From Haliotis rubra (taxonomy: Eukaryota), in NCBI RefSeq assembly GCF_003918875.1, contig NW_025766558.1, positions 2,976,001-3,040,000 of the forward strand: a stretch of 64,000 nt of DNA. The letters are read 5' to 3'. Both the position numbers and the translations under genes were made by a program. The notes below the pieces were generated by a model. The model searched no databases. It was not told the DNA's origin and saw only the letters and a list, made by a program, of their open reading frames with translations. Of this stretch, positions 26,755 through 41,245 are shown piece by piece. Positions within the stretch are counted from its first letter, which is position 1; the number at the start of each line of letters is the position of its first letter.

Positions 26755-27862
26755 ATATCTCAGTCATAGTCACCTCTATACAGACAGTGGCTATGGTATA
26801 TGACAGTTGTTGTCACTTCCTGTTATACAGACAGTGACTATCAGTAATAGTCACCTCTTGATATACAGACAGTGGCTATGGTATATGACAGTTGTTGTCA
26901 CTTCCTGTTATACAGACAGTGACTATCAGTAATGGTCACCTCTTGATATACAGACAGTGGCTATGGTATATGACAGTTGTTGTCACTTCCTGTTATACAG
27001 ACAGTGACTATCAGTAATGGTCACCTCTTGATATACAGTCAGTGGCTATGGTATATGACAGTTGTTGTCACTTCCTGTTATACAGACAGTGACTATCAGT
27101 AATGGTCACCTCTTGATATACAGACAGTGGCTATGGTATATGACAGTTGTTGTCACTTCTTGTTATACAGACAGTGACTATCAGTAATGGTCACCTCTTG
27201 ATATACAGTCAGTGGCTATGGTATATGACAGTTGTTGTCACTTCTTGTTATACAGACAGTGACTATCAGTAATGGTCACCTCTTGATATACAGTCAGTGG
27301 CTATGTCACCACTTCTTGATATACAGTGACTATCATATATCATGGTCACCTCTTGATACAGACAGTGACAGTCAGTGGCTATGGTGACTATATGATCAGT
27401 CACAGACAGTGACTGTTGTCACTTCTTGTTATACAGACAGTGACTATGGCATATATCAGTCACAGTCACCTCTTGATATACAGACAGTGACTATGGCATA
27501 TATCAGTCACAGTCACCTCTTGTTATACAGACAGTGACTATGGCATATATCAGTCACAGTCACCTCTTGTTATACAGACAGTGACTATGGCATATATCAG
27601 TCACAGTCACCTCTTGTTATACAGACAGTGACTATGGCATATATCAGTCACAGTCACCTCTTGATATACAGACAGTGACTATGGCATATATCAGTCACAG
27701 TCACCTCTTGTTATACAGACAGTGACTATGGCATATATCAGTCACAGTCACCTCTTGATATACAGACAGTGACTATGGCATATATCAGTCACAGTCACTT
27801 CTTGTTATACAGACAGTGACTATGGCATATATCAGTCACAGTCACCTCTTGTTATACAGTCA
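26755..27862. repeat. Composite satellite: 85-bp units followed by 47-bp units
   Basis: tcacctcttgatatacag recurs at 85-bp spacing from 26851 to ~27280; cagacagtgactatggcatatatcagtcac recurs at 47-bp spacing after that. Confidence 0.95.
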
Positions 27863-29068
27863 CTATCGTATGGATCAGTTGAAGATAATTGCTACTCAGC
27901 CATAAATTTAAAAAACTGACAAACTGTAGAATTTTGTATCCTTGATACAAAACTAATTTCAAGATGAGGTAGAATGTTAACCAATTACATGAAATTGTAG
28001 CAAAAGCACATTGTTCGGAATTTTATGCACAGAAATAGACAAGTGTTATCATACATACTGGAGCCTATTAAAGAACTGGCACTTATTAGAGGACATACAG
28101 TATGCAGGGCCACAGAGCCATGACATATGACGATACCATTTGCCTAGAGCCTGTAGTATATGTTTAGGGTCATGTTGTGTTGATTGTCTGACAAGTGAGC
28201 ACCTGCCAGCAAGGTGTGTTGAATATTACAGCAGTTATGCATGTGGTTAGATCTTGCCACCAGTGATGGGGAGGGAAGTGGTGGGGACATTGTCTTTGAT
28301 GGCCCTATCACTGATTATACAACTCATGGTCCTACAGGATCAGATGTTGCTACACTACTTTTAGTGGCATCAGCTCTCTACTGTTAGGCCGCACTTCCTT
28401 CTGGGGGGAAGTCGTTTAATGTGGGAAGCTGTCACCTGAGCATTCAGCTCAGTAGTTTAAAAAAATGAAGGAAAAAAAAACAGATTCCAATTTCATATTC
28501 TTTTCCATAAAATATCAGGGGAGATAGACAAGATGAAAGTTTGGGCAGAAGGAATATGGTAAGGCACAACTTAGAGTTACCTCCCTTTTGATATGGTCAT
28601 GATTCATCATCATTTGTTGTGTTTTGGTGGTTGTCGGTTGAATAATAAACAAACTTTAGTATTTGTAGTATGCTGAATATTTTATTTATGTTGATTGTTA
28701 AAGTAAGTCAGTGTTGAGGGGTTTGTTTTTTCTAACAGTGTATTCATTTCTGGTCAGTTTGATAATAAACCCACTGCTTTAAAGTTCTGTTTTGTTTTGG
28801 TATTTTCTACATTATGATTGGGGAGGAGGGGCAGAGGATTTGTGAATTAAGTGTGGCTGGCTTTCTATTGTCTTTAGTCCCAGGTTCATATTGTCAGCAC
28901 CTTGTACATTTAGGGTCTCATTGGATAGTTCTTGTGGTGTGTCAAGATACTAACAAGCCACTTTTGCATATCTTGATTGTATGCTGTGTGTAGGGTCGAA
29001 ATATTTAAGTGGCATTTAAGATGCTGTGGTTTCAATGAAATCCTTTACTCAACTCTATCTTAATCTTT

Positions 29069-29230
29069 GGGCAGTGGGGTAGCCTAGTGGTTAAATGCTC
29101 GTCATGCCGAAGGCCTGGGTTAGAATCGTCACATGGTACAATGTGTTAAGCCCATTTCTGGTGTTCCCCGCTGTGATATTGCTGAAATATTGCTAAAAGC
29201 GGCGTGAAACTAGACTCACTCACTCACAAC
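29069..29230 (+). mobile_element. SINE family 1
   Basis: Family-1 sequence with TSD CTTAATCTT. Confidence 0.85.
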
Positions 29231-31244
29231 CTTAATCTTAAGGCAATATGGCCCAGGTGTATGTACTAATTTCTAGTTGTGGTTTCAGTACAGCTTTCTT
29301 TATAACTACTTAACCAATCTGACAGGGGTCAAGGTTTATTTTCAGTTTGAAGTTTTATATCACTGTACAAATTTGTTATATCTTGTATTGTCAATGATTT
29401 TCTATTCTTTGTTCTTTTTTATAATACAAAGATTGGTGGTATGTCAAACTAGTTTGTTTTATTACTTCAGTTTATGTGGATGTGATATTTCAACATAAAA
29501 ACTGACATTTTTAGCATTATCAGTAACATGATATTTTGTGGACAAAGTAGAGACAAACTGAAATGAAATATGACTTGTTTGTGTAAAGTGTTTATACTGT
29601 GGATGTTTGGCCTTTGGTAAGTACAAACTGATTATTTTTCATGTGTCTGTTGTTGCATTGTGTAAATGTCATGGTATTTGAAATCTGTTGTGTGGCAGCT
29701 AGTACCAGGAAGAAGACAAAAGATTTGTTATATGGAAACTGACTCATCTGACATTTGGGACAAGTAACACACATAGATTGACACTGCGCCAAGATGGCGG
29801 CAGCCAGACAACTACTTTAACTCTTTCAACACCAGTCAACCAGAGGCATTTACTGCCATGACACCGAGTTCCCAGAGACTCTGAGGTCATAGATGAAGCC
29901 TATGTTTGTGAAGGAAATTATAAGCTTGTAAAACGTTATTGCTACTACATCCCATACACCATTTAAAAGATCTAATCCTACTGTTGATAAATATGAAGTT
30001 TATTTTTATAATATTATTCAAATAATACAACTACAACTTAAATAAATTTATATTTGAATGAAAATGCAAGCTTACATTTGTAACGTCCAGATAAACCACG
30101 AAAGGAGCAAAAACTATGGCGATTTTTTTCCATTTGTGACATGTCATAAATTGCCCGCGCCTTTTTCTTTTATATTTTCATTTTACGTAATCAGAAAAAT
30201 TATTATAAAAAAGATTTCTTAAACAATATGTATGGTCGCCTATTTCCCGATATCTGCGGCTTTCCGCTCGGTAAAATGACATAACAACTGAAAATACCTC
30301 CGCTTTGGCTTCTTCAGATGAATAACATGCTGCAAATCGCTTGATGTCGGCATCGTTCGAAGCTCTGAACATCAACAATATCACTGTACCCTTGCCAAGA
30401 GTATTTTCACAGTTGTAAGAAGCGATTTTATTGGATAAAGATTGGTTTCTAATGACGCTTTTCGCCACAGTCTGCTATAAGGGTTGTGATTGGTCAAAAT
30501 CAGACACGTGACCTAAGGCAGCCAATCATATTACGGCAATGGATACCGTCCTCGTAAAATCGAAATCTTTTAGATTTGGACAAAAGTTTTGGGTAAAATA
30601 ATGCTATTCTGAACATATTAAGCAAGAAATCGCTACCAATAATGTGGGAAAATTATGGAACTTATTGGACGATCGTGCTAGGTTATGACCTGTGACAAAA
30701 ATGCTTCATGTATGTATTTTCGCGATTAAACATCGTGGTCCGAAAGTGAAGATTGGGGCGGCGAGAGCGAGATGTCACTTGTCAGTGACTTGACTTGCAT
30801 TACATGATCGCACAAAAAGATGGAAATAGTAATTTTATATGTATCGTTTGACAACTTTTATGAATGCTGTTGTTGATTTTATTCATTAGTTTATTCAATT
30901 TATTTAATAATTTCCTCGAAACATCGTTACTTTGCTTTTTGACAATGTTATTGTGGGACCCGCCGTCAAGCATGTGTCCGAGAATCGTTGTTTTCAATAA
31001 TATTAGAAAAATAGTTTATAATTTTAATTCTGCTGATAATATATGATAAATTGAAATTTAATAAGTGTTTTCAGACGCCTAATGACAGGGAAAGAATTTT
31101 TAAAATTTAGATATCTACTTAAAAGGTTATGGTCCTCACATTCACTTCTGTGATACATTACACGTAGGAATATGACAGAATTAGATTGTCCTGAACTTCT
31201 ATTGAAGAACATATTGATTTGTGTAACTCTTACTTAAATCATCA

Positions 31245-31400
31245 GTAGCCTAGTGGTTAAGTCGTTCGCTCGTCATGCCGAACACCCGGGTTCGATTCCC
31301 CACATGGGTACAATGTGTTAAGCCCATTTCTGGTGTTCCCGCCGTGATATTGCTGGAATATTGCTAAAAGCGGCGTAAAACCAAACTCACTCACTCACTC
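31245..31400 (+). mobile_element. SINE family 1, 5'-truncated by ~12 nt
   Basis: TSD ACTTAAATCATCA; (ACTC)n tail. Confidence 0.9.
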
Positions 31401-34400
31401 ACTTAAATCATCAAAATTAAAACACTTTTTTACAAAATTCAAATTTCAGGTTTATAAAATCGCATCATAAAATGACAATTGTTAGTCTCTCTACTACTTT
31501 TAGTGCTTTAAATAAATTTTATGTGTATGGTACATGTGTAATTCTATTGCATAAGGTTATTGATATTTTGAATTGGTGTTATTTGTTTTGGCGAAAGTGA
31601 TTTATTGTGTTGAGAGTGATGTCAGCCAGTATATGTGTCATGGAGTGCTGTGTCTACATCCATACTGTGCTGTGAGTCCACCTGTCAGGGGCACCTGTTA
31701 CATACCTACATTGATCCACTCCAAAACCACTCTACTCCTGTACAACAAATACCTGAAAACTACCCACGATAACAGGAAATCCTATATCAACTATAATTTG
31801 GTGTAATATATGGGTAGTTGAAGTGGCTCGTATCTTGAAATGAATAGTGTCCATCCACCGAGAAGTGCGACACAAAGATGGGTGTATTATGTAGGTAATT
31901 GAAGTGGTCGTGGACCTAACTGCACCTGAACCAGACCAGCATCCTATTCTCACATAGCTAACATTCCACTGGAAATTGATTTTATGATATGTGAATATAG
32001 TCATTATGACCATAGCTACTGCTAATGTCTGTTTCATGTCAGCTGTAAATCTGTCTGTACAATCTGGGATTGGTAGTAGTCTGATTTTTGGCCAGTATTT
32101 GTGAAATCCGCACATGCCAAGAAGATGACTGTATTCAAAGTTGGCAACTGTTGTTGTAGGGACATGACTGATAATGAGATAATACTGAAATGTACAAAGT
32201 ATGGCTTGTATCTCTATCACCTGTAAATATACCACTCCAAATTTGATAGGGATATATATATATATATAACTGATTCTTATACTGTGTCGGATGTATATTT
32301 AAATGGAATGGCATATGGGGTTATCCTAATCAATATTGAGTAGTACAGAATGTTGAAGTTGTGGTAGAAATGAATCGGAACCCTTTGCCAACTTGAAAGG
32401 TGATAACACATAGGCTCACTCACTTAGACCTGAAGTGGAAATAGAAACTGGGATACTTTTATCACCAGTGAGGTTGCTGTGTCTGAAGCTAGGTGTCGGA
32501 AACTGACACCTATTCACCCAGGTATAAAACAGTCCAGGTGTCGGAGACGAGGCCATTATTGTTTTGTGTAAGGGAAAACCATGTTTCATCTCTGAGATCC
32601 AACAATCTGCGGTAGACCTATGAATAAACATAGTGTCAGTTGACCTCTGACCAGCATTGTTGAACAACTCACGACAGACAGGTACGCTAATAAACTCTTT
32701 GAAGGCAAGATTGAGCTGGCAACACCTTCAGGATTAACACAGCTTCTTTGTGGTTGAATCTTGATGGGCTGAAGCTGGAGGTGTGTAACTATTCTATATT
32801 GCCCGTAGCTGACGTGTGGGATAAAGGTAGGGATGCTATATGTAGGTTACAAGTTATTTATTGACTGGGGATCTTGTAACATTGTTCAAGTGGTCTCACA
32901 AAGAAACAACAAGCTGGGATGTGAAATGAGAGGGCCTGGAGAGGTCATTGGCGAATTGGAAGGGAGCTGAAGAGTGAAAGGCACTCTCTAACCTATGTAG
33001 AGGACCTTTGTCAACGGTTCTGATAGATTTGTCATATTTACAACATAACTTCTTGCATATTGTACAACTCACTTATGCAAATTAGGAGTTGGAGTATCCT
33101 TCAAGTTTTACCTGTGAAATATGGCATGGGCCACATGCTTCTTTCTGCCTGTGACACTATAGATTGATATTCCGTTCAATACACATGGCAGCAGGACCAC
33201 ACTCGATATGTCTGATACTTGTAAGTATGTCAGAGCTGTGAGCTGTATGATCAGGTTGAGTAGATAATATCCTTCTGAGGCAAACATGTCTCTCTAGTCA
33301 ACATCTGTCAAACTCTAAATCCAATTTGTGAAGTGACCTGAAAACTGCCTCAAGGATGTGTTTAATTTTAGAATTCATAGATTAAACTGTAATCCAGGAA
33401 GAAAGTAGCAGATTTAAGGAAAGGGGATTAGAACAGTTCCAGACTTGATCTGTCTGCAAATATACAGTGAGCTGGGCTGGCCACGGCACACAACAATGCC
33501 CTCTTATTGTTCTCACCTATAATGTAGGGTTGGGTAATGTCATCACAGGATAGACTGCAAGCCAGGCAGTCAGCGGTCAGTACAGACATTGCATAGGTAG
33601 GTAAAGCTCGTCAGTGTTTTCACTGGAGTGTAATCCTCCATGTAAGTCCTGCATTGTCTGTGAGTAGGTGTAGAGGTTTCGAATTAAAGACTTTAAGGCC
33701 TGTGGGGTATACCCAGCTGGTGGTACACACTCTGATCTATGGTGGGAAATTACTGAAGTATTTATTAGAAAGGTTACAATATGGTTTGGGAGGTAGAAAC
33801 AATGGTGGACAAATGAATCTTGATTGGTCAGTGTGTGTTCATAGTGCAGCAAGTTTATCTCAGTACATTTGGATGTTTCTAGGTGTTTAGAAATATTATG
33901 AATTAAACTCACTTGAACATTTTTAAGACTCATAAAGTCTTGATGCATGCTGGTTGTGAAGAGTCCATGTTTTTGAGATAGGTGAGATATGGCAGCTGCA
34001 TGTTTACCTAACAACATGGCTGTCAGTATTGACATGCATGTTGAAGTAGTATTGAAATCACTCGTGTGAAGGTCATGGTGCAGGTGTTTATTGTTATCTT
34101 GGCAATAACCTTTTGGTATCGACTTATGTAGTTCATATATTTGCAAGTTGGAGAGAGGGGGTGGAAATGTATTGGAATGTTCCATGTGCGAGTAACAGGA
34201 GTGATTTCCTCTCCACATGGCACCCGATCCACTGGAATTGTCTCACCACCACTACCACCATCTGTATATTCACAGACAGACAGACAGATGAATGTTTTGT
34301 TTACATCTCATCACTGTAAATCTTTAAAAAAATATTTATGCATACAAAACTTGAGAATCAACATTAAGAATATGATACAGCACCACTCTTATGAGAGACA

Positions 34401-34709
34401 GTAAAACCATATACAAGCAGGCATTTATGCATATATATAAAAGCGATAGTTTATCTATATGGAATATGTTTTTTACATTGTAGTATTAAAGAGCAGGTTT
34501 TGGAAGTAAGATAGAACTCATGTTTGAAAAGGACTCATAACTTTTTGTAGTTTGACATTGTTAAAAGGTGGACACTTCAGCCGCAACATTTGTAAAAGAA
34601 CTATTCTAAAATCCTCATCCACTCCATGTCTGGCCTTGTAACATGGTGTGTCAACAAGCCCTCTCTCACGGCTGCTGTCCACTCAGGCTGGCCTCTCTTG
34701 GACAATGGT

Positions 34710-35334
34710 CAGTGTAATTACTTTAAGGCAGCCAGTGTGATTACTTTAAGGTAGCCAGTGTAATTACTTTAAGGTAGCCAGTGTAATTACTTTAAGGTAG
34801 CCAGTGTGATTACTTTAAGGTAGCCAGTGTAATTACTTTAAGGTAGCCAGTGTAATTACTTTAAGGTAGCCAGTGTAATTACTTTAAGGTAGCCAGTGTA
34901 ATTACTTTAAGGTAGCCAGTGTAATTACTTTAAAGGTAGCCAGTGTAATTACTTTAAGGTAGCCAGTGTAATTACTTTAAGGTAGCCAGTGTGATTACTT
35001 TAAGGTAGCCAGTGTGATTACTTTAAGGTAGCCAGTGTAATTACTTTAAGGTAGCCAGTGTGATTACTTTAAGGTAGCCAGTGTAATTACTTTAAGGTAG
35101 CCAGTGTAATTACTTTAAGGTAGCCAGTGTGATTACTTTAAGGTAGCCAGTGTGATTACTTTAAGGTAGCCAGTGTGATTACTTTAAGGTAGCCAGTGTG
35201 ATTACTTTAAGGTAGCCAGTGTAATTACTTTAAGGTAGCCAGTGTGATTACTTTAAGGTAGCCAGTGTAATTACTTTAAGGTAGCCAGTGTAATTACTTT
35301 AAGGTAGCCAGTGTAATTACTTTAAGGTAGCCAG
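34710..35334. repeat. 23-bp minisatellite, ~27 copies
   Basis: (cagtgt[a/g]attactttaaggtagc)n. Confidence 0.97.
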
Positions 35335-37024
35335 ATAATGTTTGTGATGAAGATTACTGGACTGACTTCAGTAATGAGCTTCCTTCTCTGTACATAGACC
35401 GGGCGGAGCACCCAGCTGCAGTTTCCTCTCTAGTGTCATGTGATCACGGTAGACCTTGGTCGGACAGTATGTCACAGACTACAGTAGAAGTAGCAGGATG
35501 GGGATGTAGCTGTACTAGTATCACATGGGGCAAAGGTGTTTTACATTGTAGCACATCGAGACGTGGCACACTGTCATCTTACAGACACCCATATGTCATT
35601 CACTATCACTAGAAGTTGCCCAGTCTGGCATGCATATGTATGCATGTTTAACACTGCAAGTGTAATCAAGTCCTGGAGAGGCATTTTGATGCTGGAAGTA
35701 CATTGAGACGTGTAAATTATGATGGATAACAACTTCTTTGTTGTTAATATATACATGCTGATGTATTTACACAGGGCAGGATTAATGTAATACTGTATAC
35801 ATATTACCCTGCATGTATAACGCTCTAATTAAGGAGCTGAGGTGTCTAATTGATACCTGAAGCATTAGTGACAGGTATAATTATCGGAATCCTAATCCAT
35901 GTTAGATAATCCTTGAGCTTCTGTTCAGCAAGGCGAATAACGAGCTCCTGCCAACCGGTGTGGCTTGATCCCTCCCACTAACACAGGGCAGTTGTTGCTA
36001 GTGGGCTTGGGAAACACTCAGGGAAGTTGCTGCAGTTATCTCATCGTGGAGAATTCCCACTGGTGACAAGCACCCAACCACCTACCCTCTAGAAGGCTCA
36101 GAGTTTCCGTTACCTCATGGTGGAGGATCTAGAGGAGAGTTCCCATTGAATAGAAGCACTCACCCTCAGCTCTCTAGTACGAGAGGAAGTATTTTACCTC
36201 CAGCAGTGGAGAGCTTCAAAGAGACACCGCGAGGCAGAGAGTTTGGATTTCCTGCTAGATAACACACACTGATGGATAGGATCGACTGACTCCGCAGACC
36301 TTGACAGCAAATTACACCATCAAATATTCTGTCAGAGTGAAAAAACATTTGTGGTATGCTGGGAGAGTAGTATGTGTCTTGTCTTGGCTTGAGGTAGATG
36401 TAAAAACTTTGACACATTCATCAGGAACTGGTTTTAACAAGGAGTATCAGGCATATTGTGTAGCAGGGCTTGAACAGAAAATGGAACGCACTATGAACCC
36501 TCCATCGGGGAATATATTCCTGCAGGTAAGGAAAATAATGAGTTTTGTTTATCATGGTCCGATCAAAGTTGGTGAACAATATTGCGTTCCTTCAATTTTG
36601 AATTTGGGATTATGAGAACATAAACTGTAAACAGATTTGATAATTATGTTTGAGTTGTAACCTTTAACTAACTGTAGATGAAGCAAGACAGTGATTTCTT
36701 GGTGACACACTTATGATCTGATATAGATATATGAGCCCATTAATAGTGTTTGCTATTGTATATCATTTTCAGCTATGCCAATAAGATTATATGTTAACCG
36801 TGACAGGTGACAGTGATTAGTCTCTATCTGTACTGAAATACAAGTACATCATAAGTATTTACAGGAATGTGTACAAAGTAGGAGCTGGATCTGTTAAATC
36901 CTGTGTTACATTAAGTTGTAGTTTTCTGCCTTGATATTACAGCAAAACATTTTTTTTTGGTCAATTTTCTTTGAGAATGTCTATGTATTTAGTATTAGAC
37001 GCTGGATGTTTATCATTAGACTTG

Positions 37025-37185
37025 GGGGCGGTGGGGTAGCCTAATGGTTAAAGCGTCGGCTCGTCACGCCGAAGACCCGGGTTCGAATCCCCACATGGGT
37101 ACAATTGTGAAGCCCATTTCTGGTGTCCCCATGATGTTGCTGGAATATTGCTAAAAGCGGCGTAAAACCAAACTCAGTCAGTCAG
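37025..37185 (+). mobile_element. SINE family 1, (AGTC)n-tail variant
   Basis: TSD TCATTAGACTTG. Confidence 0.9.
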
Positions 37186-39179
37186 TCATTAGACTTGTAC
37201 TTTTAAACAGTAAAAGGTTTTTGCAATCTGTAGACATTCAATGTTTTACCTTCAGACAGTTTATCATTTGACTGTTTTCAGATCAACATTAAACATTTTG
37301 TCCTTAGACATCAATCATTTTTATGTAAGCCACTGAACACTGAACTTATTTAACATTGAACATTTTAGAGATAGAAAGTACATGTATTAGTGATACACAC
37401 TGAAGATGCTTTTTGCATACTTCACCATTTCACATTCAAATTTTACCATTCCCCACTGAATTGGCGGCATGGAGTTAACAGATCTTATTTCAAGATAACA
37501 TGGTACAGTGTCACCACCGGGGTATGAAGTGCCCACCCCAGCCCTTCCAGTGTAGTGGAACTGTAGATCTGATACCTCTCCCCATACTCACACACACACA
37601 CACACACCATCACCCTGTTGTCCTATGTCTGTCAGGTACCTGACCCCTGCGGAATGTACAGGTAAATTTCAGGTGTCAGTCTTCATGGGAGAGATTAGGT
37701 AAGTGAGTGTGGGAGTTGAATACAGAGTGAGTCTCTTGAATAGCTGTCATTAACATGTTACACCCCGCTTGCGTGACTTTGTATCGCATCTTGAGTGGCA
37801 CGTTACATTGAACGGAAAGTTAACTGGTCAAGGTAGGGTCAGAGATTGGTGGAGACTGCTGACTTCTGTATCTCTGTAGAGTGATGTAGATGGGACCTGT
37901 GTAATGGTTGAACTTTTCATGGGATAATGTCATGGTTGTATGAACTATCACCTTTGTACTGCCGTTAATCTCTGTGCTGGGTTGTTGTGCATGGAAGATA
38001 TCATGACCGATGGCAGCCAGGACAATCCTTCATTTTGTTTTCTATTTTCTGTTTGAATTATGAAGTTTGGAGCAGCTCTTATCTCATGTTGATCCTTCTG
38101 GAAAATGAATTTTTCATGGATATAACAATATATAAAAATTCAATCACTGACTTAAAATAGCTTTATGTTTTCATCATATTCTGATCAGTACATGGACTAT
38201 ATTAGACAGGAATGTAATCTCTGACAGTGACTGTGTGTATTTATCAATATTACAGCAATATCACGTAGGAAACCTTAAATATTGCTTTACAAATTGTACA
38301 AACCAAACCCGAAGCCTTTTCTGTAGCAAGTGACAGCTTTCCCCACTCAACTACCCTACACCCAAAGACTGACAGAAGCTGATTTGGTAAAATGTTCATC
38401 TGTCGAGTGACATACGCAGCATTAGTTACCTGTAATTAACCTGGAATATCACACGTTAAGAAAAATACCAGCTGAAATTTAGAACATTTGATGTCAGTAC
38501 GAGTTTGACTCACTTAGCAGTTACCAATCAGAAAAGTGTAATTATTATCAGTTGTATTCACAAATCTGAGTTACCAGTATGTTCGTGTCACCATGTGTAT
38601 ATATACCTGGGTATAGATTTCTAGATTCCTCTGTGAAATGAGAATGTAGGATCTCTGGCAGGATGTGACCTGAAGTAACTGAAGTATCAAGTAATATCAT
38701 TTATTATCTTAGGTGACCTGTCTCAACAAAGTCAGCACAAACACACCACTCCATGTGGTGAGTAAGTAGGATTTTACCCTGGGCCAGCTCGGGACACCAG
38801 AAATGTCCTTTATAAATTGTTTTGTTAGAGGAAGTGTTCCTGACACGTTACCTCACATCATCACTCACTATGTCTCCTGATTAGGGTTGCAGCAACGTGT
38901 CAGTATTGACAGTCTTCATTAGACTGGTTTTGAATCATTCCAGGGAGAACTGTGATCTGAGTCATTAGTTTGAGAAGGGCCCTAACGTTTGTTTGTGGAG
39001 GAGACATAACTGTGAAAGGTTTTGTGTATGGAGGGTGTTGCGAGTATCACGGGGGTGTTTAATGTTAGCCAAATACAGGTAATCCTCTCAACGGAGAGCC
39101 TTCCACTGTGTGTAGCAGACAGCACATCTCAGATGCCAGGTCAGGGTAGTCCCTGATGAAATAGCAAAAGGGTTCCTTT

Positions 39180-39912
39180 ATTGTAATACTGCATCCTTCA
39201 TTGTAATACATCCCCTGTACTGTTACATGCCATCCTTCATCGTAACACAAAACTATTCGTTTTAAAACACTATCCTTCATCGTAACACAAAACTATTCGT
39301 TTTGAAACACTATCCTTCATCGTAATAAATAAAAAACTATTCATTGTAAAACACTGTCCTTCATCGTAATGCAAAACTATTCACTGTAAAACACTATCCT
39401 TCATCGTAACACAAAACTATTCATTGTAAAACAATATCCTCCATCGTAATAAATAAAAACTATTCATTGTAAAACACTATCTTTCATCGTAATAAATAAA
39501 AAACTATTCATTGTAAAACACTATCCTTCATCGTAACACAAAACTATTCATTGTAAAACACTATCCTTCATCGCAACACAAAACTATTCATTGTAAAACA
39601 CTATCCTTCATCGTAATACAAAAGTCACTATTCACTGTAAACAAAACTATTCACTGTAAAACACTTGTTCATTGTAATACAAAACTATTAACTGTAAAAC
39701 ACTATCCTTCATCGTAACACAAAACTATTCACTGTAAAACACTATCCTTCATCGTAACACAAAACTATTCACTGTAAAACACTATCCTTCATTGTAATAC
39801 AAAACTATTCACTTTAAAACACTATCCTTCATCGTAATACACCTCTATTCACTGTAAAACACTATCCTTCCTTGATCGTAATACACCTCTATTCATTGTA
39901 TCCTTCATCGTA
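39180..39912. repeat. 40-bp minisatellite (2 x 20-bp subunits)
   Basis: actatccttcatcgtaacacaaaactattcactgtaaaac at 39701, 39741, 39781 and onward. Confidence 0.95.
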
Positions 39913-41081
39913 CAATTGTAGTACAACCCCACCCCCTACCCCAACCCTTCATGGTCACACATACTGCAAAGATCATGTTAATACCTAACACTGACCACTT
40001 TAGTGTCCATCGTTCTGTGTTGACAATAGGGTAGCACAGTAGAAAGTGTTTTCTCCTGGCCTGCACAAGGGTCTTGGTTTGATGCCTGGTCATAAGCCAT
40101 TGATGTTTCCTGTCTTAAGGATAAACTAATTCATTCTCATTCCCATTTTCCTAACTCCCTGATTGATTGTTGAACCGTCCATGTAATGATGAACTTGCAC
40201 ACTGTCAGAACCTTGTCACTCCTCACAGTCACCTGGCATTAGAGGCAGCAGATTATTTCAACTCCATTTTAACTCTCAAGGTATGGAAATACCCATCATT
40301 TTTTTTATGAAACATAAAAATACTTTCCTTTGAAATAAGTCTTTGAAATAAGTCTCTGAAGCAAGGATGTTTCATGTTGATAAAAGCCCAGTGCTGAGAT
40401 TTCATGTTTATTGATGGAGGCTGATTGAACTTTATGCTGATTCATCAATACTGAAGCAGTAAGCCCAGACCTGTGAATGTTCCTGCCCTTTGATCAGTGG
40501 GAACTGCTGGCTGCTGTAGGAGAACGTTCAGAAATGTCTTTTGAAGATGGATTAATTTATTTTGTGCTTGACATTATGTGGCTCCTGTTATCTTGGATGG
40601 AAGTTTTACCGTTACTTGTAAGTGAATAAACCGTTCAATGTTTAACCTTATTCTTGTGTGACTGGGTGAGCAGTTGCGTATATCTATTAGTGTATCTAAT
40701 ATGACAAGTATTATGGATAATATCTTCTTTGATGTACTCTATATTTGTAGGGCTTATTGATAAATCAGGTGATCATGGGTCAGATCCATCAAATGTTGTG
40801 TATATTAATTGAAGTTGTTTTTCCTTCTGCCATAATTGGGGAAAAATTTAAAAAAAATAGAATTTTCTTACTGTAATGGTGAAATTGTTTTGAAAAAGAA
40901 TTTGAAATGTGCCAAGGCCATTATGTTTTATGTTGTGTCCAGTAGAGTGTTTGTGTGTTTTATGCTTTAAAACATAATTAGAAAATATAAATGTGTTGTC
41001 CAATGTGACAACCGATTGTTGTGGGTGAGGTGAAAATGAGTGTGATTGTAGTGACATGGGACAATCTTTGTGAGGGAAGGA

Positions 41082-41245
41082 CTGACTGACTGAGCGGTTT
41101 ACGCCGCTTTTAGCAATATTCCAGCAATATCACGACGGGGGACACCAGAAATAGGCTTCACTCATTGTACCCATGTGGGGATTCGAACCCGGGTCTTCGG
41201 CGTGACGAGCCAACGCTTAACCACTAGACTAACCCACCGCCCCGA
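41082..41245 (-). mobile_element. SINE family 1, (AGTC)n-tail variant
   Basis: Reverse complement of family 1; TSD GAGGGAAGGA. Confidence 0.9.

Noticed and set aside
33577-34218. 213-aa minus-strand ORF
   Set aside because: His/Thr/Ser-rich composition typical of the antisense of TG-rich intron; no motifs or exon structure.
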